Assembly: GCF_024223415.1 (NCBI RefSeq)
Contig: NZ_CP100500.1
Source: Escherichia coli
Lineage (GTDB): Bacteria; Pseudomonadota; Gammaproteobacteria; Enterobacterales; Enterobacteriaceae
Strand: one strand, 5' to 3'
DNA length: 64,000 nucleotides
Position 1 is the first letter of the stretch; every line of letters begins with the position of its first letter. Under the pieces are notes generated by a model, which was not told the DNA's origin, searched no databases, and was given only the letters and a program-made list of their open reading frames with translations. A program made the translations under genes and the position numbers. Of the stretch, positions 39,236-56,064 are shown in pieces.

Positions 39236-39441
39236 AACTAACCTCGGGATGAGTAAGGAGACTTATCGGCAACGACGCCGGTATGTTTCTAATATGTTAC
39301 ATATTATCGGGGACATTGTTCCAGACAACAATCTGTTTTATTCAATAGGTATGATAGTCGCAGGCTTTGGTACGAAATCATGGCGAACCGCGCGGACTTC
39401 GGGTAATCTGCGCGCTTCGCGCAGCGCTGGTGGAGAAAAGC

Positions 39442-40479
39442 ATGAACGATGAAATGAAAGGTAAAAGCGGCAAGGTCAAAGTGATGTATGTCCGCAGTGA
39501 TGATGATTCTGATAAACGTACCCACAACCCGCGTACCGGGAAAGGGGGCGGGCGTCCAGGAAAATCTCGTGCTGACGGTGGCCGTCGCCCCGCCCGCGAT
39601 GACAAACAGAGTCAGCCCCGTGACCGCAAGTGGGAAGAGTCGCCGTGGCGCACGGTTTCCCGCGCGCCGGGTGATGAAACGCCGGAAAAGGCCGATCACG
39701 GTGGCATCAGTGGTAAAAGTTTTATTGATCCAGAAGTTTTGCGTCGTCAGCGTGCGGAAGAAACCCGCGTCTACGGCGAAAATGCATGTCAGGCACTGTT
39801 CCAGAGCCGTCCGGAAGCGATTGTTCGCGCCTGGTTTATCCAGAGCGTAACGCCACGTTTTAAAGAAGCCTTGCGCTGGATGGCGGCAAACCGCAAAGCG
39901 TACCATGTGGTGGATGAAGCGGAATTGACAAAAGCGTCAGGCACGGAACATCACGGTGGCGTTTGCTTCCTGATCAAAAAGCGTAATGGCACAACCGTGC
40001 AGCAGTGGGTAAGCCAGGCAGGTGCGCAGGATTGCGTACTGGCACTGGAAAACGAATCTAACCCGCATAACCTGGGTGGCATGATGCGCAGCTGCGCGCA
40101 CTTCGGCGTGAAAGGCGTTGTGGTGCAGGATGCGGCACTGCTGGAGTCGGGTGCGGCTATCCGTACCGCAGAAGGCGGCGCAGAGCACGTTCAGCCGATT
40201 ACTGGCGACAACATTGTTAACGTGCTGGATGATTTCCGTCAGGCGGGTTACACCGTAGTGACAACTTCCAGCGAGCAGGGGAAACCGCTGTTCAAAACCA
40301 GCCTGCCAGCGAAAATGGTACTGGTGCTGGGTCAGGAATATGAAGGGTTACCGGATGCCGCACGCGATCCGAACGATCTGCGCGTGAAGATTGACGGTAC
40401 GGGCAACGTTGCCGGGCTGAATATCTCTGTCGCAACCGGCGTTTTGCTTGGTGAATGGTGGCGTCAGAATAAAGCCTGA
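39442..40479 (+). CDS. yfiF: SpoU/TrmH-family RNA methyltransferase YfiF
   Basis: [22 protein letters not shown]..., 345 aa, basic N-terminal region then SpoU methylase fold. Confidence 0.9.
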   Translation: MNDEMKGKSGKVKVMYVRSDDDSDKRTHNPRTGKGGGRPGKSRADGGRRPARDDKQSQPRDRKWEESPWRTVSRAPGDETPEKADHGGISGKSFIDPEVLRRQRAEETRVYGENACQALFQSRPEAIVRAWFIQSVTPRFKEALRWMAANRKAYHVVDEAELTKASGTEHHGGVCFLIKKRNGTTVQQWVSQAGAQDCVLALENESNPHNLGGMMRSCAHFGVKGVVVQDAALLESGAAIRTAEGGAEHVQPITGDNIVNVLDDFRQAGYTVVTTSSEQGKPLFKTSLPAKMVLVLGQEYEGLPDAARDPNDLRVKIDGTGNVAGLNISVATGVLLGEWWRQNKA

Positions 40480-40526
40480 TAAATCAGCCGGGTGGCAACT
40501 CTGCCATCCGGCATTTTCCCGCAAAT

Positions 40527-41216
40527 TTACTCACTCTCTGCCGGTAATACTGGCATCCAGTCAATCGGCGTCTCGCCATGTTGTTCCAGCCACTGATTTG
40601 CCAGCACAAAATGGTTGCAGCCAAAGAATCCACGATGCGCCGAAAGCGGCGACGGATGCGGTGCTTTCAGTACATGATGGCGTTGCTTATCTATAATCGC
40701 CCCTTTCTTTTGCGCATGAGATCCCCACAACAAAAACACCACGCCTTCGCGATGCTGGTTAATCAGGCTGATCACTTTATCGGTGAAGGTTTCCCAGCCG
40801 AGGCTGGCGTGGGAATGCGCCTGACCTGCGCGTACCGTCAACACAGTATTGAGTAGCAGAACGCCCTGACGCGCCCAGCTTTCAAGATAACCATGATTAG
40901 GGCGGGTGAAGCCCGGAATAGTATTTTCGAGCTCTTTATACATATTCAGCAGTGACGGAGGAGTGGCGATTCCGGGGCGAACGGAAAATGCCAGCCCATG
41001 CGCCTGTCCCGGTCCGTGATAAGGATCCTGGCCGAGAATCACCACTTTAACGTCACCCAACTCGGTAAAGCGGAACGCGTTAAAGACATCTTTTTGTGGT
41101 GGATAGATAGTGACGCCGGACTGCCGCTCGCTGGCGACGGTCTGAAGGGTATTAAGAAAATAGGGTTGCTGCTTCTCTTCAGCCAGCACGTCATGCCAGG
41201 TTAATTTGTTAGCCAT
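40527..41216 (-). CDS. ung: Uracil-DNA glycosylase
   Basis: 229-aa [27 protein letters not shown]... with GQDPYH motif. Confidence 0.97.
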   Translation of the reverse strand: MANKLTWHDVLAEEKQQPYFLNTLQTVASERQSGVTIYPPQKDVFNAFRFTELGDVKVVILGQDPYHGPGQAHGLAFSVRPGIATPPSLLNMYKELENTIPGFTRPNHGYLESWARQGVLLLNTVLTVRAGQAHSHASLGWETFTDKVISLINQHREGVVFLLWGSHAQKKGAIIDKQRHHVLKAPHPSPLSAHRGFFGCNHFVLANQWLEQHGETPIDWMPVLPAESE

Positions 41217-41346
41217 CTCGCTCTCCTGCGAATCTTCAATCCGCCTAGCTTAACTGCTTCTTTCTACAGAACAAAATCATGCTCATTTTTTAGACTTAAA
41301 CGAGTGCAAAAAAATGTAAATTGGTAAAATTTCACACCCGCATAAG

Positions 41347-41413
41347 TTGATGTAAAACAATAAAATCCATTTACGACCACAATCGATGTGTGGTTTCTAT
41401 TGATTTAAATCAA
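41347..41413 (+). promoter_or_regulatory. Two FNR-type boxes upstream of grcA
   Basis: TTGATGTAAAACAA (41347-41360) and TTGATTTAAATCAA (41400-41413; exact TTGAT-N4-ATCAA); consistent with the known anaerobic induction of yfiD/grcA. Confidence 0.6.
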
Positions 41414-41520
41414 AGAATCAAGGGTGTTTGAGGAGTATATATACACTCAAGCAACAATGGTTTTACCAATTGGCCGCGACAGGCTGAACAAATCAAATAA
41501 TTTTGCCGGGGAGGCATCAC

Positions 41521-41904
41521 ATGATTACAGGTATCCAGATTACTAAAGCCGCTAACGACGATCTGCTGAACTCTTTCTGGCTGCTGGACAGCGAAAAAGG
41601 CGAAGCGCGTTGCATCGTTGCAAAAGCAGGTTATGCAGAAGATGAAGTGGTTGCAGTAAGCAAACTGGGTGACATTGAATACCGTGAAGTTCCAGTAGAA
41701 GTGAAACCAGAAGTTCGCGTTGAAGGTGGTCAACACCTGAACGTAAACGTTCTGCGTCGTGAAACTCTGGAAGATGCAGTTAAGCATCCGGAAAAATATC
41801 CGCAGCTGACCATCCGTGTATCCGGATATGCAGTTCGCTTTAACTCTCTGACTCCGGAACAGCAGCGCGACGTTATTGCTCGTACCTTTACTGAAAGCCT
41901 GTAA
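41521..41904 (+). CDS. grcA: Autonomous glycyl radical cofactor GrcA (YfiD)
   Basis: [23 protein letters not shown]... ending ...[31 protein letters not shown] (glycyl radical motif). Confidence 0.95.
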
Positions 41905-41925
41905 GGCTTAAGTAGCAAGTTACTA

Positions 41926-41957
41926 AGCGGAAGAGGGCGACTTCTTCCGCTTTTTTT
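41926..41957 (+). terminator. grcA terminator
   Basis: AGCGGAAGA-GGGCGAC-TCTTCCGCT followed by TTTTTTT. Confidence 0.6.
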
Positions 41958-41959
41958 CG

Positions 41960-42547
41960 TTAATAGAAAATGCGTACCGCGCAATAGACCAGCAACAGTG
42001 CAAGCACGATATTCAACTGGCGACCATACTGGCGAAACAATCGCTGAAACAGATGCCCCGCCAGCGCCCAGCACACATTGCCAAACGTCCCAATCATCGC
42101 CAGCAAAACGCTGACGCCAACTACCCAGCTTAACGCCTGTGTTTGCGGCAGAACAAATGTCGACAGTGCCGTAACACCGTACAAAATGATTTTGACGTTC
42201 ACAAACTGCAAAGCAAAGCTGGCCCAAAAACTGATTGGTTTTGTCTGAAGCCCGTCTTCCTTTGTTGGACTGGTAGCGATTTTCCACGCCAGCCAGACAA
42301 TATATGCCGCCCCCGCCCAACTCAACAGATGCACAGCTGCCGGGTCGATAACAGCCAGTGAAAACGAAATGCCCGCACACAGCAACATGACGATTAAAAA
42401 TCCCAGACTCATCCCTGCCAGCACGCGGGTACTCTGATGAAATCCGTGCGTTGTGGCTGAGCTAAGGGCGAGAATATTGTTCGGTCCTGGCGTCATGGCG
42501 GTAATCAGGGTGTAAGTCCAAAAAGCACTTAAAAGGGTCGGTGTCAC
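41960..42547 (-). CDS. eamB: LysE/RhtB-family exporter EamB (YfiK)
   Basis: 195-aa polytopic membrane ORF MTPTLLSAFWTYTLITAMTPGPNNILALSSA... Confidence 0.93.
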   Translation of the reverse strand: MTPTLLSAFWTYTLITAMTPGPNNILALSSATTHGFHQSTRVLAGMSLGFLIVMLLCAGISFSLAVIDPAAVHLLSWAGAAYIVWLAWKIATSPTKEDGLQTKPISFWASFALQFVNVKIILYGVTALSTFVLPQTQALSWVVGVSVLLAMIGTFGNVCWALAGHLFQRLFRQYGRQLNIVLALLLVYCAVRIFY

Positions 42548-42649
42548 TTGTTATCTCCTCTGTTTTGGTAGACAGTACCCGACACGGAATATTTAAAAAA
42601 ATGAATGTTTTTACATTCTAAATTCGATATTTTCGATAGGTTTGGGGTT

Positions 42650-43531
42650 ATGGATCTGCGCCGTTTTATTACGCTTAAAACCGTGGTGGAAGAAGGTTCC
42701 TTTTTGCGAGCTTCGCAAAAATTGTGCTGCACACAATCGACGGTGACTTTTCATATTCAGCAGCTTGAGCAGGAGTTCTCAGTCCAGTTATTTGAGAAAA
42801 TTGGTCGACGAATGTGCCTTACCCGCGAAGGGAAAAAGCTGCTGCCGTACATTTATGAACTCACCAGAGTGATGGATACCCTTCGTGAGGCTGCCAAAAA
42901 GGAGTCGGATCCGGACGGGGAACTACGCGTTGTTTCGGGCGAAACGTTGCTCTCTTACCGAATGCCGCAGGTGTTGCAGCGTTTTCGGCAACGCGCCCCA
43001 AAAGTGCGTTTATCGTTGCAGTCTCTGAACTGTTACGTGATCCGTGATGCGCTATTGAATGATGAGGCCGATGTCGGGGTTTTTTATCGCGTAGGGAATG
43101 ATGATGCCCTGAACCGACGAGAATTGGGTGAGCAATCGCTGGTGCTGGTAGCTTCACCGCAAATTGCAGATGTCGATTTTACTGAGCCGGGAAGACATAA
43201 CGCCTGTAGCTTTATTATCAACGAACCGCAATGTGTATTCCGGCAGATATTTGAGAGCACGCTGCGCCAGCGGCGGATCACGGTGGAAAATACCATTGAG
43301 CTGTTAAGCATTGAAAGTATCAAACGTTGTGTCGCGGCGAATATCGGTGTCAGTTACTTGCCCCGCTTTGCGGTGGAAAAAGAGCTTGAGAGCGGAGAAT
43401 TAATTGAATTGCCTTTTGGCGAACACTCGCAGACCATTACGGCAATGTGCGCTTACCATGCCGGAAAAGCGGTTAGCCCGGCGATGCACACTTTTATTCA
43501 GTGTGTTGAAGATTGTTTTTTGCCGGGATAA
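42650..43531 (+). CDS. yfiE: LysR-family transcriptional regulator YfiE
   Basis: MDLRRFITLKTVVEEGSFLRASQKLCCTQSTVTFHIQQLE... (N-terminal HTH), 293 aa. Confidence 0.9.
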   Translation: MDLRRFITLKTVVEEGSFLRASQKLCCTQSTVTFHIQQLEQEFSVQLFEKIGRRMCLTREGKKLLPYIYELTRVMDTLREAAKKESDPDGELRVVSGETLLSYRMPQVLQRFRQRAPKVRLSLQSLNCYVIRDALLNDEADVGVFYRVGNDDALNRRELGEQSLVLVASPQIADVDFTEPGRHNACSFIINEPQCVFRQIFESTLRQRRITVENTIELLSIESIKRCVAANIGVSYLPRFAVEKELESGELIELPFGEHSQTITAMCAYHAGKAVSPAMHTFIQCVEDCFLPG

Positions 43532-43563
43532 AAATAATGCCGGGCTTAAACCCGGCATTGAGA

Positions 43564-44898
43564 TTACTCTTCTGTCGTTTGCGGTGGCACGCCCGTTCCG
43601 CTTGGTTTACGGCGCTTACCAATATTTTTGGTATCGCGATGGCGTTTTTTCACCCGCGGCTTCTCTTTCTCTTTAGCTTTTTTCTTCTCGGCGCGTTTTG
43701 CCAGTACTTTCTTCGATGGCTTGCCGGTCTGCTTCTCGCTTGGTGCACGCGTTTTCGGGCGTAACTCATCAATTACGCGAGCTTTAATTGGCTCTTCAAT
43801 ATAGCGACCAACTTTGCCCAGCAGCAGATGGTCATGGGCTTCTACCAGCGAAATTGCGGTGCCTTTACGACCGGCGCGCGCGGTACGTCCGATACGGTGC
43901 AAATAAGTATCGCCACTGCGCGGCATATCGAAGTTAAAGACGTGGCTGACGTCAGGAATGTCGATACCGCGCGCAGCAACATCGGTTGCAACCAGTACGT
44001 TTACGCGACCTTCGGTCAAACGCTTGATCGCTTCGTTACGCTTGCCTTGTACCATCTCACCTTCGAGATAGCAGTTGTTGATGCCCGCTTCGCGCAGCCA
44101 GTTTGCCAGCTCATGCACACGTTCACGCTTACGCACAAACACAATTGAGCGGGTCGCTTCCGGCTGTTTTAACAGATGCACCAGCAACGCGGTTTTATGC
44201 TCAAGATCATCGGCGCGGTAATACCACTGATGAATTTTTTTGCGCTCACGGGTGGACGGATTGGCAGAAACTTCCACCGGATCTTCCAGCAGACGCTCGG
44301 CAAAGTCCTGAATCGCATCGCCTTCCAGAGTTGCCGAAAAGAGCAGGGTCTGTTTACGCCAGCGCGTTTCGCCAGCAATATGTTCGATATCCTGAGCGAA
44401 GCCCATATCCAGCATACGGTCTGCTTCGTCGAGGATCAGCGTTTCAACCGCGCGGCAATCGAAGTTCTCTTCTTTTATGTATTGCAGCAGACGTCCGGTC
44501 GTGGCGACCACGATGTCCTGATTTTCGCTGAACACTTCCGCGTGGTTCATATAGGCTACGCCGCCGGTGATGGTGGCGATATCCAGATGCGTATGTTTCG
44601 CCAGTTCGCGGGCATGATCGGCCACCTGCATCGCCAGCTCGCGAGTTGGGGTGAGGATCAAAATACGCGGCGGACCGGATTTCTTACGCGGGAAATCGAG
44701 CAGGTGCTGCAACGCTGGCAGCAGATACGCCGCCGTTTTACCGGTGCCTGTCGGCGCAGAACCGAGTACATCACGGCCATCGAGCGCAGGCGGAATGGCG
44801 GCAGCCTGAATGGCGGTCGGGCGAGTGAAACCTTTATCCTGGAGGGCTTCCAGCAGGCTTTCGTCGAGTTCAAGTTCGGAAAAAGTCGTTACAGTCAT
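43564..44898 (-). CDS. srmB: ATP-dependent RNA helicase SrmB (DEAD-box)
   Basis: 444-aa ORF with [12 protein letters not shown] and SAT motifs and basic C-terminal tail. Confidence 0.95.
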   Translation of the reverse strand: MTVTTFSELELDESLLEALQDKGFTRPTAIQAAAIPPALDGRDVLGSAPTGTGKTAAYLLPALQHLLDFPRKKSGPPRILILTPTRELAMQVADHARELAKHTHLDIATITGGVAYMNHAEVFSENQDIVVATTGRLLQYIKEENFDCRAVETLILDEADRMLDMGFAQDIEHIAGETRWRKQTLLFSATLEGDAIQDFAERLLEDPVEVSANPSTRERKKIHQWYYRADDLEHKTALLVHLLKQPEATRSIVFVRKRERVHELANWLREAGINNCYLEGEMVQGKRNEAIKRLTEGRVNVLVATDVAARGIDIPDVSHVFNFDMPRSGDTYLHRIGRTARAGRKGTAISLVEAHDHLLLGKVGRYIEEPIKARVIDELRPKTRAPSEKQTGKPSKKVLAKRAEKKKAKEKEKPRVKKRHRDTKNIGKRRKPSGTGVPPQTTEE

Positions 44899-45029
44899 GT
44901 TCTACCTCTGTGTGGGGCGCTGATTATAGACGTTACGGCTGCAATCTTCATCTGTTTGTATGGATATCGCTTCTCGGGTATTGTTCTCACCCGGTGCTAT
45001 CGCCGTTTTTCCTGCAAGGTTTTATTTTC

Positions 45030-47383
<2,354 letters not shown>

Positions 47384-47629
47384 TTAATTTACTAAACATG
47401 GTTTGGTCAGCATAGCATCATGTTGTGCGAATAAACACCTGCTATTTTAATATTTGTTACAGTGGCTAAACACGCTGACGCAGGGCGGCGAGAAAAAGAG
47501 AAGTTACTGGCTGGTGGAGGATTAGGTGGTGAAATAAAAAGGCCGTTGGGTTACTCTTCAGGCAGTTAAATGGGCATTTCTACACAGATAATGCGATGTT
47601 CAGATTCTGTAGACTTATAATGATAGATA

Positions 47630-47785
47630 ATGATCCGTCTACAGCATGACAAACAAAAACAGATGCGTTACGGAACTTTACAAAAACGAGACACTCTAAC
47701 CCTTTGCTTGCTCAAATTGCAGCTAATGGAGTGGCGTTTCGATAGCGCGTGGAAATTTGGTTTGGGGAGACTTTACCTCGGATGA
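47630..47785 (+). CDS. rseD: 51-aa upstream ORF translationally coupled to rpoE (RseD-type leader ORF)
   Basis: ATG at 47630 to TGA at 47783-47785, which overlaps the rpoE ATG (ATGA); product MIRLQHDKQKQMRYGNLQKRDTLTLCLLKLQLMEWRFDSAWKFGLGRLYLG. Below the ORF-track cut-off. Confidence 0.65.
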   Translation: MIRLQHDKQKQMRYGTLQKRDTLTLCLLKLQLMEWRFDSAWKFGLGRLYLG

Positions 47786-48357
47786 GCGAGCAGTTAACGG
47801 ACCAGGTCCTGGTTGAACGGGTCCAGAAGGGAGATCAGAAAGCCTTTAACTTACTGGTAGTGCGCTATCAGCATAAAGTGGCGAGTCTGGTTTCCCGCTA
47901 TGTGCCGTCGGGTGATGTTCCCGATGTGGTACAAGAAGCTTTTATTAAAGCCTATCGTGCGCTGGATTCGTTCCGGGGAGATAGCGCTTTTTATACATGG
48001 CTGTATCGGATTGCTGTAAATACAGCGAAAAATTACCTGGTTGCTCAGGGGCGTCGTCCACCTTCCAGTGATGTGGATGCCATTGAAGCTGAAAACTTCG
48101 AAAGTGGCGGCGCGTTGAAAGAAATTTCGAACCCTGAGAACTTAATGTTGTCAGAAGAACTGAGACAGATAGTTTTCCGAACTATTGAGTCCCTCCCGGA
48201 AGATTTACGCATGGCAATAACCTTGCGGGAGCTGGATGGCCTGAGCTATGAAGAGATAGCCGCTATCATGGATTGTCCGGTAGGTACGGTGCGTTCACGT
48301 ATCTTCCGAGCGAGGGAAGCTATTGATAACAAAGTTCAACCGCTTATCAGGCGTTGA
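47782..48357 (+). CDS. rpoE: RNA polymerase sigma-E (sigma-24)
   Basis: MSEQLTDQVLVERVQKGDQKAFNLLVVRYQHKV..., 191 aa. Confidence 0.97.
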   Translation: MSEQLTDQVLVERVQKGDQKAFNLLVVRYQHKVASLVSRYVPSGDVPDVVQEAFIKAYRALDSFRGDSAFYTWLYRIAVNTAKNYLVAQGRRPPSSDVDAIEAENFESGGALKEISNPENLMLSEELRQIVFRTIESLPEDLRMAITLRELDGLSYEEIAAIMDCPVGTVRSRIFRAREAIDNKVQPLIRR

Positions 48358-48389
48358 CGATAGCGGGATACTGGATAAGGGTATTAGGC

Positions 48390-49040
48390 ATGCAGAAAGA
48401 ACAACTTTCCGCTTTAATGGATGGCGAAACGCTGGATAGTGAGCTGCTTAACGAACTGGCTCATAACCCAGAAATGCAGAAAACCTGGGAAAGCTATCAC
48501 TTAATCCGTGACTCAATGCGGGGTGATACTCCCGAGGTGCTCCATTTCGATATCTCTTCACGCGTGATGGCCGCCATTGAAGAAGAGCCAGTACGTCAAC
48601 CGGCGACATTGATCCCGGAAGCCCAGCCTGCGCCGCATCAATGGCAGAAAATGCCATTCTGGCAGAAAGTACGTCCGTGGGCGGCACAGCTTACCCAAAT
48701 GGGCGTAGCCGCATGCGTATCGCTTGCAGTTATCGTTGGCGTCCAGCACTATAATGGACAATCTGAAACGTCCCAGCAGCCCGAAACGCCGGTATTTAAT
48801 ACACTGCCGATGATGGGTAAAGCCAGCCCGGTTAGCCTGGGAGTACCTTCTGAAGCGACCGCAAATAATGGTCAACAGCAGCAGGTACAGGAGCAGCGTC
48901 GTCGCATTAATGCAATGTTGCAGGATTACGAACTGCAACGCCGACTCCACTCTGAACAGCTTCAGTTTGAGCAGGCGCAAACCCAGCAAGCCGCTGTACA
49001 GGTGCCAGGAATTCAAACTTTAGGAACGCAATCGCAGTAA
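48390..49040 (+). CDS. rseA: Anti-sigma-E factor RseA
   Basis: MQKEQLSALMDGETLDSELLNELAHNPEMQKTWESYHL..., 216 aa, single TM segment. Confidence 0.95.
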   Translation: MQKEQLSALMDGETLDSELLNELAHNPEMQKTWESYHLIRDSMRGDTPEVLHFDISSRVMAAIEEEPVRQPATLIPEAQPAPHQWQKMPFWQKVRPWAAQLTQMGVAACVSLAVIVGVQHYNGQSETSQQPETPVFNTLPMMGKASPVSLGVPSEATANNGQQQQVQEQRRRINAMLQDYELQRRLHSEQLQFEQAQTQQAAVQVPGIQTLGTQSQ

Positions 49041-49996
49041 TGAAGCAACTTTGGTTTGCCATGTCATTAGTGACAGGTAGCCTGTTATTCTCTGCTAACG
49101 CCTCGGCCACTCCCGCGTCCGGGGCGTTATTACAGCAGATGAACCTGGCCAGTCAGTCACTGAATTACGAGCTGTCATTCATCAGCATCAATAAACAGGG
49201 TGTTGAGTCTCTGCGTTATCGACATGCACGCCTCGATAACCGTCCTCTTGCACAATTGTTGCAAATGGATGGCCCGCGCCGGGAAGTGGTACAGCGCGGC
49301 AATGAAATCAGCTATTTTGAACCGGGACTTGAACCGTTCACGCTTAATGGCGATTACATTGTTGATTCTCTGCCATCGCTCATTTATACCGATTTCAAAC
49401 GCCTTTCTCCTTACTACGACTTTATCTCCGTCGGGCGCACGCGTATTGCTGATCGTCTTTGCGAAGTCATTCGCGTGGTTGCCCGAGATGGTACACGCTA
49501 CAGCTACATCGTGTGGATGGACACCGAATCGAAATTACCGATGCGGGTTGATCTTCTTGATCGCGATGGTGAAACGCTGGAACAATTTCGCGTGATTGCT
49601 TTTAACGTCAATCAGGATATCAGCAGCAGTATGCAGACGCTGGCGAAGGCAAATTTGCCGCCGTTGCTTTCTGTTCCTGTAGGTGAAAAAGCTAAATTCA
49701 GCTGGACGCCAACCTGGTTGCCACAGGGTTTTAGCGAAGTTTCCAGTAGTCGACGTCCGCTACCGACGATGGACAACATGCCTATCGAATCACGTCTCTA
49801 TTCCGACGGATTATTCAGCTTCTCGGTAAACGTTAACCGCGCTACGCCATCGAGCACCGATCAGATGTTGCGCACCGGACGCAGAACCGTCAGTACAAGC
49901 GTACGTGATAACGCCGAAATCACCATTGTCGGTGAACTGCCGCCGCAAACGGCGAAACGCATTGCCGAGAATATTAAGTTCGGGGCAGCGCAATGA
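49040..49996 (+). CDS. rseB: Sigma-E regulatory protein RseB
   Basis: 318-aa ORF with signal peptide. Confidence 0.95.
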   Translation: MKQLWFAMSLVTGSLLFSANASATPASGALLQQMNLASQSLNYELSFISINKQGVESLRYRHARLDNRPLAQLLQMDGPRREVVQRGNEISYFEPGLEPFTLNGDYIVDSLPSLIYTDFKRLSPYYDFISVGRTRIADRLCEVIRVVARDGTRYSYIVWMDTESKLPMRVDLLDRDGETLEQFRVIAFNVNQDISSSMQTLAKANLPPLLSVPVGEKAKFSWTPTWLPQGFSEVSSSRRPLPTMDNMPIESRLYSDGLFSFSVNVNRATPSSTDQMLRTGRRTVSTSVRDNAEITIVGELPPQTAKRIAENIKFGAAQ

Positions 49997-50472
49997 TCAA
50001 AGAGTGGGCTACCGTCGTCTCCTGGCAAAACGGGCAGGCGCTGGTCAGTTGTGATGTTAAAGCCTCATGCAGCAGCTGCGCTTCACGCGCCGGTTGCGGT
50101 AGCCGCGTGTTGAATAAACTTGGCCCGCAAACCACGCATACCATTGTCGTACCCTGTGATGAGCCGTTAGTGCCGGGGCAAAAAGTGGAATTGGGGATCG
50201 CCGAAGGCAGCCTGCTTAGCTCCGCATTACTGGTTTATATGTCGCCGCTGGTGGGATTATTCCTCATCGCTTCGCTATTTCAGCTACTCTTTGCTTCTGA
50301 CGTCGCAGCATTATGTGGTGCGGTCCTCGGCGGTATTGGCGGGTTCCTGATTGCGCGTGGCTACTCGCGTAAGTTTGCTGCCCGGGCAGAATGGCAACCG
50401 ATCATCTTAAGCGTGGCATTGCCGCCTGGCCTTGTGCGATTTGAAACATCTTCGGAAGACGCGAGCCAGTGA
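49993..50472 (+). CDS. rseC: RseC (SoxR-reducing system-like membrane protein)
   Basis: 159-aa ORF overlapping the rseB stop. Confidence 0.95.
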   Translation: MIKEWATVVSWQNGQALVSCDVKASCSSCASRAGCGSRVLNKLGPQTTHTIVVPCDEPLVPGQKVELGIAEGSLLSSALLVYMSPLVGLFLIASLFQLLFASDVAALCGAVLGGIGGFLIARGYSRKFAARAEWQPIILSVALPPGLVRFETSSEDASQ

Positions 50473-50669
50473 TTTCACTGGCTTTGTTGCATTTTGCATA
50501 ACAAATGCGAGGACGTTTCCAGATACCACAATCCATACGGTATGAACATTTCCTCGCCTCAATGTTGTAGTGTAGAATGCGGCGTTTCTATTAATACAGA
50601 CGTTAAGCTCAGAACAGCGACTTCTAAAAGCCTGGTTAACCGGGCATTAAGGCACAATAATCATACTTT

Positions 50670-52469
<1,800 letters not shown>

Positions 52470-52484
52470 CCCTTAGGAGTTGGC

Positions 52485-53459
52485 ATGGCGAATATGTTTG
52501 CCCTGATTCTGGTGATTGCCACACTGGTGACGGGCATTTTATGGTGCGTGGATAAATTCTTTTTCGCACCTAAACGGCGGGAACGTCAGGCAGCGGCGCA
52601 GGCGGCTGCCGGTGACTCACTGGATAAAGCAACGTTGAAAAAGGTTGCGCCGAAGCCTGGCTGGCTGGAAACCGGTGCTTCTGTTTTTCCGGTACTGGCT
52701 ATCGTATTGATTGTGCGTTCGTTTATTTATGAACCGTTCCAGATCCCGTCAGGTTCGATGATGCCGACTCTGTTAATCGGTGATTTTATTCTGGTAGAGA
52801 AGTTTGCTTATGGCATTAAAGATCCTATCTACCAGAAAACGCTGATCGAAACCGGTCATCCGAAACGCGGCGATATCGTGGTCTTTAAATATCCGGAAGA
52901 TCCAAAGCTTGATTACATCAAGCGCGCGGTGGGTTTACCGGGCGATAAAGTCACTTACGATCCGGTCTCAAAAGAGCTGACGATTCAACCGGGATGCAGT
53001 TCCGGCCAGGCGTGTGAAAACGCGCTGCCGGTCACCTACTCAAACGTGGAACCGAGCGATTTCGTTCAGACCTTCTCACGCCGTAATGGTGGGGAAGCGA
53101 CCAGCGGATTCTTTGAAGTGCCGAAAAACGAAACCAAAGAAAATGGAATTCGTCTTTCCGAGCGTAAAGAGACACTGGGTGATGTGACGCACCGCATTCT
53201 GACAGTGCCGATTGCGCAGGATCAGGTGGGGATGTATTACCAGCAGCCAGGGCAACAACTGGCAACCTGGATTGTTCCGCCGGGACAATACTTCATGATG
53301 GGCGACAACCGCGACAACAGCGCGGACAGCCGTTACTGGGGTTTTGTGCCTGAAGCGAATCTGGTCGGTCGGGCAACGGCTATCTGGATGAGCTTCGATA
53401 AGCAAGAAGGCGAATGGCCGACAGGTGTGCGCTTAAGTCGCATTGGCGGCATCCATTAA
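52485..53459 (+). CDS. lepB: Signal peptidase I
   Basis: 324-aa ORF with catalytic Ser motif (PSGSMMPTL) and GDNRDNSADSRYWG box. Confidence 0.97.
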   Translation: MANMFALILVIATLVTGILWCVDKFFFAPKRRERQAAAQAAAGDSLDKATLKKVAPKPGWLETGASVFPVLAIVLIVRSFIYEPFQIPSGSMMPTLLIGDFILVEKFAYGIKDPIYQKTLIETGHPKRGDIVVFKYPEDPKLDYIKRAVGLPGDKVTYDPVSKELTIQPGCSSGQACENALPVTYSNVEPSDFVQTFSRRNGGEATSGFFEVPKNETKENGIRLSERKETLGDVTHRILTVPIAQDQVGMYYQQPGQQLATWIVPPGQYFMMGDNRDNSADSRYWGFVPEANLVGRATAIWMSFDKQEGEWPTGVRLSRIGGIH

Positions 53460-53472
53460 TAGCCATCTTCGT

Positions 53473-53503
53473 TCACGTTGTCGCCGTTATGGCGACAACG
53501 TGA
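53473..53503 (+). terminator. Hairpin after lepB (TCACGTTGTCGCC-GTTAT-GGCGACAACGTGA)
   Basis: 13-bp perfect inverted repeat 14 nt after the lepB stop, followed by an AT-rich run. Confidence 0.5.
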
Positions 53504-53603
53504 ATTATTTATGAGATAAATCTCCCGTGGCTAACGACATCCCCCGTCGTTGTGTATAGAATATTCCCCCGAAGTTTAAGGTTGGCACCTCCAGGTTGCC
53601 ACG

Positions 53604-55313
<1,710 letters not shown>

Positions 55314-55324
55314 GAGTAACTCCG

Positions 55325-56053
55325 ATGGAAGGCTGGCAGCGCGCATTTGTCCTGCATAGTCGCCCGTGGAGCGAAACCAGCCTGATGCTGGACGTCTTCA
55401 CGGAGGAATCGGGGCGCGTGCGTCTGGTTGCCAAAGGCGCACGCTCTAAACGCTCTACCCTGAAAGGTGCATTACAGCCTTTCACCCCTCTCTTGCTACG
55501 TTTTGGCGGGCGTGGCGAAGTCAAAACGCTGCGCAGTGCTGAAGCCGTCTCGCTGGCGCTGCCATTAAGCGGTATCACGCTTTACAGCGGTCTGTACATC
55601 AACGAACTTCTCTCCCGCGTACTGGAATACGAGACGCGCTTCTCTGAACTCTTTTTCGATTACTTGCACTGCATTCAGTCTCTTGCAGGGGGCACTGGTA
55701 CGCCAGAACCCGCGCTGCGCCGCTTTGAACTGGCACTGCTCGGGCATCTGGGTTATGGCGTCAATTTTACCCATTGTGCGGGTAGCGGCGAGCCGGTAGA
55801 TGACACCATGACGTATCGTTATCGCGAAGAAAAAGGGTTTATCGCAAGCGTCGTTATCGACAATAAAACGTTCACCGGAAGGCAGTTAAAAGCGTTAAAC
55901 GCACGGGAATTTCCTGACGCAGACACACTGCGCGCCGCGAAACGCTTTACCCGCATGGCGCTTAAGCCGTATCTTGGCGGTAAACCTTTAAAGAGCAGGG
56001 AACTGTTCCGGCAATTTATGCCTAAGCGAACGGTGAAAACACATTATGAATGA
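55325..56053 (+). CDS. recO: DNA repair protein RecO
   Basis: 242-aa [44 protein letters not shown]... Confidence 0.95.
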   Translation: MEGWQRAFVLHSRPWSETSLMLDVFTEESGRVRLVAKGARSKRSTLKGALQPFTPLLLRFGGRGEVKTLRSAEAVSLALPLSGITLYSGLYINELLSRVLEYETRFSELFFDYLHCIQSLAGGTGTPEPALRRFELALLGHLGYGVNFTHCAGSGEPVDDTMTYRYREEKGFIASVVIDNKTFTGRQLKALNAREFPDADTLRAAKRFTRMALKPYLGGKPLKSRELFRQFMPKRTVKTHYE

Positions 56054-56064
56054 TGAGGATTGTC

